A DNA stretch of 64,000 nt from a virus, in the IMG/VR virus record IMGVR_UViG_3300047678_000160, positions 31,729 through 95,728 of that record, one strand, 5' to 3'. The stretch's first letter is position 1. Each line of letters begins with the position of its first letter. A model generated the notes under the pieces. The model was not told the DNA's origin. It made no database searches and was given only the letters and a program-made list of their open reading frames with translations. Below, in pieces: positions 50,431 to 58,968 of this stretch. The position numbers and the translations under genes were made by a program.

Positions 50431-50624
50431 TCTGTGCGGACGATATTCCGTTTGTTCAAGATGGAACGCGACTTACGGACGAAGATAGAAGAAAAACTCA
50501 AGTCCAGATAATTACGGAGCTAACCAAACGAAAGATTGGATGTATCATCGTATCAGGTTCCGTCGAAGAAAGAGTTTCTCAGGTCAAGGACATAATTCTT
50601 GACAAGTTTGGAATAGAGGTATAA
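50388..50624 (+). pseudogene. C-terminal fragment of NadR-like AAA_28 kinase
   Basis: YDLVII..DDIPFVQDGTR...VSGSVEERV; Walker A half is missing. Confidence 0.65.
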
Positions 50625-50634
50625 ATTATAGTCC

Positions 50635-50892
50635 ATGATTAGATTATCTGGACAAGCAGTCGCTGAAGACTGCAAGAATACTTCATTTGCTGGCGACGAA
50701 AATCACTTGGTCGCTGGTATTGGATTGAAAGATATTATGGTCATACACACCAAATCGGCTACAATCGTGGCTCCGATTAATCGTCCTCAACTAATCAAAC
50801 AATTCATAGCAAAAAATTTAGTAAACAGATTGAGTAAAGATGAAATAGACTTAATCATTCGAGGCATAAACTCCAACGCTATCGATATATGA
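50635..50892 (+). CDS. Small protein resembling the C-terminal beta region of mannose-1-phosphate guanylyltransferase
   Basis: HLVAGIGLKDIMVIHTKSATIVAP....QLIKQ. Confidence 0.5.
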   Translation: MIRLSGQAVAEDCKNTSFAGDENHLVAGIGLKDIMVIHTKSATIVAPINRPQLIKQFIAKNLVNRLSKDEIDLIIRGINSNAIDI

Positions 50893-51122
50893 CAGACCAA
50901 GAATACACTTATACCGGAAAGGAATTATTTTCTCGCGGATTTAAAGTCCAAATGACCAAAAACAGCGGCGCTACCCACAAGTATCTGGTGACAAGAACAG
51001 ATGCTCTTCCGTGGCCAGAAAAAATCAACATGATTAATTTTTGTGACCACGGCCCAGGCAATTTTGGTGGTAAGGTAACATACGTTGGCGACATTGCCTA
51101 TGTAGACGTTTACGTTGACTAA
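50889..51122 (+). CDS. Hypothetical protein
   Basis: INFCD...NFGG.V.....YVDVYVD. Confidence 0.55.
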   Translation: MTDQEYTYTGKELFSRGFKVQMTKNSGATHKYLVTRTDALPWPEKINMINFCDHGPGNFGGKVTYVGDIAYVDVYVD

Positions 51123-51125
51123 TTT

Positions 51126-51872
51126 ATGGGCATAAGAATAAACGTTACATTAGGATACGGCTTTCGGTATTCCAAATACGATAAAGACCCGCGCATAAAT
51201 TGGAGTGTATTGGAAATGAATGGTGAGGAAATCTTGAAAAAGATGCAAGCCCTTGCCAAAAAACACAAGAAAGACCCAGAAAAAATTGGATACGCCAAAT
51301 GGCATATAGAAGATTTTGAAAACTATGTCTCTGGAAAGATGTATGGAAAAAAGGGAGAAAAGATAACTCGATTGGATGCACATGATTTCATTTCTTATGA
51401 CATGTATGCTACAGAGGGAGAAAATGGAATCGGGCCCTTTGTGATTACAAATCCGGAAATGGGAGATTGGCATCGCTATGACAACATTATCGACTATTAC
51501 AGCTATCCTTCGATGACAACAACTGTCAAACCAATTCTCGATGGCGCCGGACAACCGGCACAAATTTATCCATACTGTGCATTTGTCCACAGAAAAACAG
51601 GCGTCAAAGGAAAAGAGTCAGTCAATCAAAGTGACCGCTGGAGCATAACCAACATGTATTTTGATAAGAAATACAAGAAGACTAGAGGTAAGGATTGGAA
51701 ATGGAAAGTCTTCAAAAAAAATTTTGGAGTATCTAACATAGTTGAATGGCAACGAGATATAGTTCCTCAACCTCCTTACATCATATACTTGTTTTGCGAA
51801 GCGACAAATTTCTTTAAAAATCCCTTGACTTTGTATAGATTGAAACCAATGATTATCAGTTATTGGTGTTAA
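51126..51872 (+). CDS. Hypothetical protein
   Basis: MGIRI...LGYG, W.RYDN.IDYY, LKPMIISYW. Confidence 0.6.
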   Translation: MGIRINVTLGYGFRYSKYDKDPRINWSVLEMNGEEILKKMQALAKKHKKDPEKIGYAKWHIEDFENYVSGKMYGKKGEKITRLDAHDFISYDMYATEGENGIGPFVITNPEMGDWHRYDNIIDYYSYPSMTTTVKPILDGAGQPAQIYPYCAFVHRKTGVKGKESVNQSDRWSITNMYFDKKYKKTRGKDWKWKVFKKNFGVSNIVEWQRDIVPQPPYIIYLFCEATNFFKNPLTLYRLKPMIISYWC

Positions 51873-51876
51873 AAAT

Positions 51877-52596
51877 ATGAAAATGTTATGCAAAACGCTC
51901 GGCGGAAGTCGGGCCTACGGACTTGAAACTCCGGAGTCAGATACAGATTACCGTGGGGTGTTTATCAACACAGACCCAGCGGTGATTCTCGGTCTTTCAC
52001 GCCATGACGTTGTTCAAAAACAAGAAACCGATGATGTTGTTTATTTTGAGGTTAGAAAATTCTTCGAGCTTCTAAAGAATGGTAACACCGGCGCTCTTGA
52101 AATCCTTTTCAATAGGAAAGAACAATTTCTTGAGCTTGACCCTGCCTTTGAAATGGTCTATGAAAATCGCTTTAAGTTTGTCGATACCGACAAAATGTTT
52201 AAGTGCCTTCGTGGATATATGCAAGGTGAACTTCGCCTCGCCAACGGTGAGCGCACGGGCCAACTTGGTGGAAAAAGAAAGACTCAACTTGAAAAGTATG
52301 GATTTAGCCCAAAAAACTTCGTCCAACTATTCAGACTAGCATGGGCCGGAGAGACTCTCTTCCAAGAGGGTTATTTCCCAGTCAATGTTAAAGAAGCTTC
52401 TCCTGAAATGCATGAGAAACTTATCCATCTAAAGACAAACCCAGCTCTATACACAAAAGAGCAACTTAATGCTGAATATGTTAAGGCCGAAGCGTCTCTA
52501 GTTGTTGCTTATGAAACACGCAAACATCAGTTCGCGTTTGATGAGGCTCTGGCTAACGACATTCTTCGTAAGCTATACCTACCCTACCTAAAGTGA
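51877..52596 (+). CDS. Pol-beta superfamily nucleotidyltransferase (RlaP-like)
   Basis: GGSRAYGLETPESDTDYRGVF, NGN...LEILF. Confidence 0.85.
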   Translation: MKMLCKTLGGSRAYGLETPESDTDYRGVFINTDPAVILGLSRHDVVQKQETDDVVYFEVRKFFELLKNGNTGALEILFNRKEQFLELDPAFEMVYENRFKFVDTDKMFKCLRGYMQGELRLANGERTGQLGGKRKTQLEKYGFSPKNFVQLFRLAWAGETLFQEGYFPVNVKEASPEMHEKLIHLKTNPALYTKEQLNAEYVKAEASLVVAYETRKHQFAFDEALANDILRKLYLPYLK

Positions 52597-53138
52597 AGAC
52601 AAGAAAAGAACTTCCACAACTTTTCAACTCCCTCAACCTTCTCGGTGAGGGAGTTGAAGTTGGTGTGCATCGCGGTGGATTCTCCGCAGCTATCCTATCC
52701 GTTTGGAAAGGTAAGAAGCTTCATGCCGTTGACCCGTGGCTCCATCAGGGAGTCAAAATGGACATTTCTGACGAAAGCCAAGAAATCCATGATGAAAATT
52801 TGAGGGTGACAAAAGAAACACTGTCAAAATTCAAAGGAAGATTTGCTATTGTCCGAGATTTTTCCATTAGTGCTTCAAACCGATTCTTAGATGGTTCCCT
52901 CGATTTTGTTTATCTTGATGCTAGACACGACTATCGTTCTATTTGGAGCGATTTGGAAGTTTGGTATCCAAAGGTAAGAAAAGGTGGAATCATTTCTGGT
53001 CATGATTACAAAAATTCATGCGTCAGAAAGAATCTCGTTGAAGTAAAAAGAGCAGTCGATAACTTCTTCCTAATTGTGGGCGGAAAGATTGAGACTACAA
53101 CCGAAGATAATCTTCCTTCTTGGCATGTCATTAAGTAA
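52593..53138 (+). CDS. Class I SAM methyltransferase (Methyltransf_24-like)
   Basis: GVEVGV.RG, AVDPW, DFVYLDARHDY, GGIISGHDY. Confidence 0.88.
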   Translation: MKTRKELPQLFNSLNLLGEGVEVGVHRGGFSAAILSVWKGKKLHAVDPWLHQGVKMDISDESQEIHDENLRVTKETLSKFKGRFAIVRDFSISASNRFLDGSLDFVYLDARHDYRSIWSDLEVWYPKVRKGGIISGHDYKNSCVRKNLVEVKRAVDNFFLIVGGKIETTTEDNLPSWHVIK

Positions 53139-53436
53139 AAAGAAAATCAGACAAGAATGGAGATTGTCGGTGTTTGAGCGAGACTTCTTTCAGTGTAAGA
53201 AGTGCAACCCAAAAGCTAGAAAAAAGCCGATGGTGATTGTCTATGCCGAAATAGATGCTCATCACATCGTTGACCGTAACGAAATTCCGGATGGAGGGTA
53301 TGTCCTGTCCAACGGCATTACGTTATGCCATCCATGTCATTTAAAAGCGGAACAATATCACATCTCAGGCGGAGCTAATTGGAACGCTGGGTATCATCCA
53401 GACGACCTATCAAAGCTGGTATGTCAGCGATGGTAA
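53125..53436 (+). CDS. HNH endonuclease-domain protein
   Basis: VFERD.FQC..C, DAHHI, NGITLC..CH. Confidence 0.8.
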   Translation: MSLSKKKIRQEWRLSVFERDFFQCKKCNPKARKKPMVIVYAEIDAHHIVDRNEIPDGGYVLSNGITLCHPCHLKAEQYHISGGANWNAGYHPDDLSKLVCQRW

Positions 53437-53861
53437 GAATTGTAAAGAGCCTCAACGTCATTGGCATAAAACCACTTTGGGATTTTATAGTGTTGGGCGT
53501 GAACGCCGCAAGTCCATCTTAATGCGACATTATGAGCGGTTATAGGCAGTCTTTCTTTGGTCAAAGCGTCCACTATGCTTCGAAGATATAGGTCGGCCAC
53601 TCTCTCTACCTCTTTTTGATATGCTTTCTCACTAGCGTGACGAAATGGAACCTTACTGAACATTTCCCAAGTCGATTGTAAAAATTGATACTGAGAGCGT
53701 TCACCAGCACCACCGATACTTCGATAATTTTGGTGAGTTTCTCTTGCCGAAATCGCTCGTTTTATGTTGTTCCAATTCAACGAGTTATCCATACCAAAAC
53801 CCGCTGAAGTCATTAATAGTAAAAGACTTATAAACGCGATTTTGAAGCGCATAGAACGCAT
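53424..53861 (-). CDS. Secreted lysozyme/lytic-transglycosylase-like protein
   Basis: Signal peptide; AISARET...IGGAGERSQYQF...TW, ALRW..G, YANDV..LY. Confidence 0.6.
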   Translation of the reverse strand: MRSMRFKIAFISLLLLMTSAGFGMDNSLNWNNIKRAISARETHQNYRSIGGAGERSQYQFLQSTWEMFSKVPFRHASEKAYQKEVERVADLYLRSIVDALTKERLPITAHNVALRWTCGVHAQHYKIPKWFYANDVEALYNSYHR

Positions 53862-53928
53862 AAATATCATACCGAACGTCATTTAAGTTTGACTTTTATT
53901 AACGCTCATGTAGAGTGGAAGTATATAC

Positions 53929-54405
53929 ATGAAGAAGAAGTTGTCAAAATTAAAAAAGCGCCCAAATTTCGGGCCTCCTTCTTGGAAGAAGGACAATTCG
54001 TTAGCGAATTTGAAGAAATATTATCCGAACGCAAAACCAAAAATGCTCAAGCAGTTCCTAACAGAGAACAGTAAGCTTGAAAAATTTTTAGTTAAGAATG
54101 GATGGAAATATTGGGATTCTTGCAATATCTGGGAACATGGATTCACGCTTACTTTTGTTAAAAAGAAAGATGGAACCCAAAAAAGAAACATGTATTTTTC
54201 ATGGTATTGGGATAACCAAGGTGGGGATGAATTTTATTTCGCTGAAATGAGAAATTATTGTGAGCTATACCCCCGCGATGAACTTTCTACACCGGGCCTC
54301 ACCGCAGAAATTCGTTACATTACGGCTCGCCACATCAAAGACATTGCTAAGTTTGAAGATGCTTTATTCCGAGCAGTTGCTTATCAAGCACCCATTCCAG
54401 AATGA
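53929..54405 (+). CDS. Hypothetical protein
   Basis: 158-aa ORF after TTGACT-16-TAGAGT. Confidence 0.5.
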   Translation: MKKKLSKLKKRPNFGPPSWKKDNSLANLKKYYPNAKPKMLKQFLTENSKLEKFLVKNGWKYWDSCNIWEHGFTLTFVKKKDGTQKRNMYFSWYWDNQGGDEFYFAEMRNYCELYPRDELSTPGLTAEIRYITARHIKDIAKFEDALFRAVAYQAPIPE

Positions 54406-55019
54406 AATTAGAAGATACAATTGCTAAGTCTCTTCACGATTACCCATCTTTGTATAAAGATACAACGTGGGAGAAAAGTCGTCTCAAGGTTCTCGACCAT
54501 TTATTTCTTGTAAACGGAAATGGCTACGAATGGTATGATGGTTATCTTGTGGATAAGCACGACAATACTTCTAGCAAGAAAAAACTTCCTAAGTATGGAA
54601 AACAAAAATACACTTGGAGGCCAGATGATAGCTGGTTTTCAACAAAACTCTATCGTGACTATAATTGGTCGCCGGAAATTCTTGAAGTCATCAAGAATGA
54701 CGAAAAATTTAAAGATTTAGCTTTCATTGAAGAAGCTAGTGGATACACCGCAAAACCATACCCGGTTTCTGAGTATTCAGCCATCTGCACCGCCCCAGAT
54801 AACATTCGTCCTGATTGGCTCGCTGGAGCAATCGAAGCAGCTGAATGGGCAAAAAACTTTTACAGTGGCCCGCCAGCGCAGGTCATGACTGCCGGATTCA
54901 TTCAAGAATCTGGTATTTCAGAAAAGTCTGTAAAAAACCACATAGATAAACGATTGGAGTTAACATGCAAAGCACTGACACGGTTAAAGGCTCTCGAGCC
55001 GAAATTGAAGACGACCTGA
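54402..55019 (+). CDS. Hypothetical protein
   Basis: YPSLY...VLDHLF..NGNGYEW..GYL, KPYP. Confidence 0.6.
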   Translation: MKLEDTIAKSLHDYPSLYKDTTWEKSRLKVLDHLFLVNGNGYEWYDGYLVDKHDNTSSKKKLPKYGKQKYTWRPDDSWFSTKLYRDYNWSPEILEVIKNDEKFKDLAFIEEASGYTAKPYPVSEYSAICTAPDNIRPDWLAGAIEAAEWAKNFYSGPPAQVMTAGFIQESGISEKSVKNHIDKRLELTCKALTRLKALEPKLKTT

Positions 55020-55137
55020 AACATTGGTCTGAACAGAAGGCGAAGGCTGTCAAAGATAAAAATCAAGACAGAATCAATGTCTGTAATAAACTACTCGACA
55101 AATATCTCGACGAATTGAATTCTCTCCCAAAGGGATT

Positions 55138-55632
55138 ATGAAAAAGCTAACATACGTCAAAGGAAACCTACTCACTAGACAGGACATTGGTATCATTGGC
55201 CATCAAGCCAATTGTCAAAATACGTTTGGAGGTGGAATCGCTAAGTCAATTCGTGAAATGTTTCCCGAAGCATACGCAGCCGACACGGCTGCCCATAATG
55301 CTGGAATGAATCGCCCGGGTTCGATTAGCGTCAGCCATAGATTTCCTGACGCCGTTAGCTCTATCGGAACCATTTTCAACCTTTATGGACAAAATTTGAA
55401 TGGTAAGGGTAAAAGACAAACAAATTATGAAGCGTTGTTCAACGCTTTGAGCACAATGGCAAAAGAAGTCTGTCACAGCTCAGTCATGACTGGACTGACA
55501 CCAGCCGTTGGGTTTCCTTACTTGATTGGTTGTGGTCTGGGTGGAGGAGATTGGAACATTGTTGAGCGCCTCATTGAGGTTGCTTTTGAACATTATGATG
55601 GTGATGTAATCATTGTTGTATTTGTTAATTAA
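55138..55632 (+). CDS. Macro domain protein (ADP-ribose binding/hydrolase)
   Basis: KGNLL, HQANC..TFGGGIA, NLYGQ, FPYLIGCGLGGGDW. Confidence 0.88.
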   Translation: MKKLTYVKGNLLTRQDIGIIGHQANCQNTFGGGIAKSIREMFPEAYAADTAAHNAGMNRPGSISVSHRFPDAVSSIGTIFNLYGQNLNGKGKRQTNYEALFNALSTMAKEVCHSSVMTGLTPAVGFPYLIGCGLGGGDWNIVERLIEVAFEHYDGDVIIVVFVN

Positions 55633-55633
55633 A

Positions 55634-56155
55634 ATGAATCAGAAAAAAATCATATTCTTGGATATTGATGGTGTTTTAAACCATCATCTGTTCTATGTTG
55701 CCGAAAAAGAAGCCGGTAGGATAGGGCAAAGAGATACTGACCCAAAAAGTGTAGAATACCTAAATACTCTATGCAATGAAACGGGAGCAGAAGTTGTTGT
55801 ATCCTCAACATGGAGGCTCGGCCGCACCACGGAACAACTTCAAGAACTTTTGAAAGAAGCTGGATTCACCGGAAAAGTCATTGGTCGAACCGAAGACCTA
55901 CGATATGGTAAAGGTGGAGAATCAATCCTTAGAGGAAATGAGATTCTTCATTGGATTAAAGAAAACACGAAACTCATTGGAGCGGAATATTGGCAATACA
56001 AAAGTTATGTTATTCTCGACGATGATTCTGATATGTTGTATTGGCAGAAGGACAATTTTATTCTCGTTGACCATTATTGCGGCATCACTCCATCCACAAT
56101 TTTTCAAGCTAAGAAAATTTTGGGAGCAAAATTGACCATCGCCGCTATTCCTTAA
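55634..56155 (+). CDS. HAD phosphatase (Swiss-Army-knife RNA repair type)
   Basis: IFLDIDGVLN, VVSSTWR, RGNEI..W, YVILDDDSDM. Confidence 0.85.
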   Translation: MNQKKIIFLDIDGVLNHHLFYVAEKEAGRIGQRDTDPKSVEYLNTLCNETGAEVVVSSTWRLGRTTEQLQELLKEAGFTGKVIGRTEDLRYGKGGESILRGNEILHWIKENTKLIGAEYWQYKSYVILDDDSDMLYWQKDNFILVDHYCGITPSTIFQAKKILGAKLTIAAIP

Positions 56156-56185
56156 CTTTTTATATTTTAGCCAATACCATACCTT

Positions 56186-56569
56186 ATGTTCAACTTATAC
56201 TTAGACGATGTTCGTGTCCCAACCGATTCCTACACAGGAAAATCTGCGGAAGGATGGACTATTGTTCGAAGCTACGATGAATTCGTTAAAATCATAACTG
56301 AGAAGGGATTGCCCTACATAATCAGTTTTGACCACGACCTCGCCGACGAACATGTTTATGATTACATTCTCAACGTAAGACGAGAAGGGACAATCAATTA
56401 CGACAAATACAGAGAGAAAACCGGCCTTAGTTGTGCTAAGTGGTTGGTGGAGTATTGTATGGACAAGAATCTTCCGCTCCCTGGCTACGCTGTTCATAGT
56501 GCCAATCCCATTGGTGCAGAGAACATTAAGTCGTATCTTGAGTCTTATTTAAAAAGTAGAATCGAATAA
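56186..56569 (+). CDS. Cyclic-phosphate-processing receiver-like domain protein
   Basis: LYLDDVR.P, RSYDEF, ISFDHDL, KTG..CAKWL, HSANP.G..NI. Confidence 0.8.
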   Translation: MFNLYLDDVRVPTDSYTGKSAEGWTIVRSYDEFVKIITEKGLPYIISFDHDLADEHVYDYILNVRREGTINYDKYREKTGLSCAKWLVEYCMDKNLPLPGYAVHSANPIGAENIKSYLESYLKSRIE

Positions 56570-56572
56570 TTT

Positions 56573-56872
56573 ATGAAAATCCCAAAGAGAGTCAAACAAG
56601 TCAGTCGCAAAGAGAGAAAATCTCTCGTCTCGCGTGGCTTGAAACTAAATGAAGAGGCCGGAGAGCTGGCCGCTGAAATTCTCAAGTTCGTTGGTGAGAA
56701 AGGTGCCAAGGGAAAGAGCAAGAAAGAAATCCTCGCCGACCTTCATCTTGAAGCCGTTGACTGTCTTTTGATGGCTATGGACATTCTCGTTCACACAGGC
56801 GCATCTGAGAAGGTAATCAGCCGAATCATGAACAGCCAGCTCAATAAATGGGAAAGGAATTTCAAAAAATGA
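56573..56872 (+). CDS. MazG-like NTP pyrophosphohydrolase
   Basis: KLNEEAGELA, EAVD, KW. Confidence 0.75.
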   Translation: MKIPKRVKQVSRKERKSLVSRGLKLNEEAGELAAEILKFVGEKGAKGKSKKEILADLHLEAVDCLLMAMDILVHTGASEKVISRIMNSQLNKWERNFKK

Positions 56873-57165
56873 ACCTAAAAGGCACATACATCCACTGGAA
56901 AAACGAAGAGAAAGTTGATAATAAGTTCATCAAGAACTTTTACACTTCGGACAATCTTCGCTCGACTGTTTCCAAACTGAAATTGTCCAAGAGAGAGTTT
57001 GTAACTCTGTTGAAGGGTTTTACGAGCAAAGAATTGAAGCTCTTTGTTGATGGAAACAACCACCACCAGCTAATGGCTAACACGCCTGAGGATTTACATG
57101 TTCTCATGGACAAGTTTGCCAATGTCACTGGCTTCAAGGGTGCTCGATTCATTGAAATTCTATGA
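56869..57165 (+). CDS. Hypothetical protein
   Basis: Likely start MNLKGTY overlapping the upstream stop. Confidence 0.5.
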   Translation: MNLKGTYIHWKNEEKVDNKFIKNFYTSDNLRSTVSKLKLSKREFVTLLKGFTSKELKLFVDGNNHHQLMANTPEDLHVLMDKFANVTGFKGARFIEIL

Positions 57166-57917
57166 ATCTTTTGGTCTTACCTCCGAATCATACGGCTGAA
57201 GACCAAGGAATCTGGCGTGCAGCCATCCAACGTGGTTGGAAGACCATTCGCTTCAATGATAAAGATGACCCTGAATTGTTAAAGGGTTATGATATGGTTC
57301 GTTATTATGGTAACGTTCTTCATAAGTCTCGCATTGAAAAATTTCTTCCCATAAAGTTTAAAGAAGTTTCTCAAACTCTTCTTGCAGATTTAGACATTTC
57401 TTGGACCGGAAGAAAAATCAAGAGAATTCCGTTTGGAGATTTGGAAACTCCTCTTAAAGAGGATACATTTATCAAGTGCGTTGATATTAAATGGCTTGAG
57501 GCCAGAGTTTATCGCAAAGATGAAAAGCCTTCTAGCCAGTGGCAAGGTATGCAAGACAAAGATTTGATTTACGTTCAAGAACCCATTGTGTTTGTTGATG
57601 AGGTTCGTTGTTTTGTGAAAGGTAGAGACGTGCTGACCATGAGCATGTATAAAAAGAACAAAGTGTTCTATACAGAAAATATTCCAGTTAATCTCGAAAC
57701 GGCTATGTCTGGAATGTGCTGTTCCCATTCTTATTGGCTCACTGAGCCAGAATTTATGAAATTGAACTTGCCTGAGGGAGTTGTTCTCGATTACGGATGC
57801 ACGGAATATGGAATTTGGTATTTTATCGAAGCAAATGAAGCATGGGGGAGTGGATTGTATGACTGTGACCCTAATAAGGCATTTGACGCCATCATTGCAT
57901 CACAAGAAAATTTATGA
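57162..57917 (+). CDS. ATP-grasp domain protein (DUF4343/R2K-like)
   Basis: FIK, EVRCFV, VLDYG...W..IEANEAWGSGLYDCDP. Confidence 0.75.
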   Translation: MNLLVLPPNHTAEDQGIWRAAIQRGWKTIRFNDKDDPELLKGYDMVRYYGNVLHKSRIEKFLPIKFKEVSQTLLADLDISWTGRKIKRIPFGDLETPLKEDTFIKCVDIKWLEARVYRKDEKPSSQWQGMQDKDLIYVQEPIVFVDEVRCFVKGRDVLTMSMYKKNKVFYTENIPVNLETAMSGMCCSHSYWLTEPEFMKLNLPEGVVLDYGCTEYGIWYFIEANEAWGSGLYDCDPNKAFDAIIASQENL

Positions 57918-58102
57918 AAAAGAAAAATCAATCTTACTTAGTCAAATTCACCTACGATTATTATTGTCAAGGTTATGAGGACACCCGTGAAACTGTTTTG
58001 GTTCACAACTGTCCTTCTTTCGAAGCTGCTTGTAATAGAATCAGAATTGTAAGCACTTATCTTAACGCTCGTGATTTTGAAAACCTGACCATTGATATTT
58101 GA
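57914..58102 (+). CDS. Small hypothetical protein
   Basis: 62-aa ORF with coupled start. Confidence 0.5.
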   Translation: MKKKNQSYLVKFTYDYYCQGYEDTRETVLVHNCPSFEAACNRIRIVSTYLNARDFENLTIDI

Positions 58103-58103
58103 T

Positions 58104-58589
58104 ATGAAAAAATTTTCTACAATTGATTGGAAGACCATTGCTACACATGATGAAAGCAATGTGAAAGGATTTTTTGGCCCATGCCGTTTTCTTTCCAATT
58201 TTCATTTGTGTAAAATTGAATTTGAAGGTAGATTCTATCCAAGCACAGAAAACGCTTATCAAGCAGCGAAGATTGTTCATGATGAACGTGGATTTTTCAC
58301 TACTTGTAGCCCAAATGAATCAAAAACTCTTTGGAAAAAGCTAACGAAGATAGACTCTTCTTCAATTGAATGGGATGCTCGACGCTTATACGTGATGAAT
58401 CCTCTTGTCATTCAGAAGTTTACTGAGCACGATGATTTGAAACAGCTTTTATTAGACACAGGCGACAGATACCTAGAAGAAACGAACTGGTGGGAGGATT
58501 CATTTTGGGGAGTTGATACGAAGCTAGGTGGAAAAAACCATCTGGGCAAGCTTTTAATGGAAGTGAGGACTTCGCTAAGACAAAAATAA
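58104..58589 (+). CDS. NADAR (YbiA-like) family protein
   Basis: FLSNF, YPSTENAYQAAK, KF..H..LKQLLL.TG...L.E.N.W.D.FWG, G.NHLGKLLM.VR. Confidence 0.9.
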   Translation: MKKFSTIDWKTIATHDESNVKGFFGPCRFLSNFHLCKIEFEGRFYPSTENAYQAAKIVHDERGFFTTCSPNESKTLWKKLTKIDSSSIEWDARRLYVMNPLVIQKFTEHDDLKQLLLDTGDRYLEETNWWEDSFWGVDTKLGGKNHLGKLLMEVRTSLRQK

Positions 58590-58715
58590 CATATTATAAG
58601 TCATTAATAACCAATTACTTACAAAAATGTGTGAGAAAAGTAAAAAACTTTATTGACTTTTGATTTTTTTCCCTTCATTGTTCTACTTATAGATAGAACA
58701 AATTCACTTTCAACA

Positions 58716-58835
58716 ATGACCTATACAGTCTCAACCTTTACAGCAAAGCCTATCCACTCCCAATGGAGCGTGTGCGGCATTGCACTTCCATTGGAAGCAC
58801 GTAAAGGTGATAATATGGGAAAGATGGGCCTCTAA
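58716..58835 (+). CDS. Putative attenuator leader peptide (39 aa, contains all 20 amino acids)
   Basis: MTYTVSTFTAKPIHSQWSVCGIALPLEARKGDNMGKMGL; 31 different codons; stop region base-pairs with the terminator 5' arm. Confidence 0.7.
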   Translation: MTYTVSTFTAKPIHSQWSVCGIALPLEARKGDNMGKMGL

Positions 58836-58904
58836 GGCGATTTTAAAAGAGTAAAATCCAAAACCTTAAAGGCCCACCGACCATGAAAAGTCAGTGGGTT
58901 TTTT
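58825..58904 (+). promoter_or_regulatory. Antiterminator/terminator switch upstream of the tRNA array
   Basis: Antiterminator TGGGCCTCTAAGG (58825-37) with CCTTAAAGGCCCA (58864-76); terminator CCCACCGAC (58873-81) with GTCAGTGGG (58890-98) plus T6; the two share CCCA. Confidence 0.75.
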
Positions 58905-58939
58905 GTTTAACAAATTTTCAAAATAATTCAAGATAAAGA

Positions 58940-58968
58940 TTGACAGTTTATAAATTTTAGTTTAGAGT
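58940..58968 (+). promoter_or_regulatory. Sigma70-like promoter upstream of the tRNA array
   Basis: TTGACA-17-TAGAGT. Confidence 0.5.

Noticed and set aside
1-58589. Genome-wide TAG reassignment (genetic code 15)
   Set aside because: Long core genes are fully open in code 11; in-frame TAGs were seen only in pth2, its orphan 5' copy and one decayed nuclease. Late structural regions outside the window cannot be excluded.
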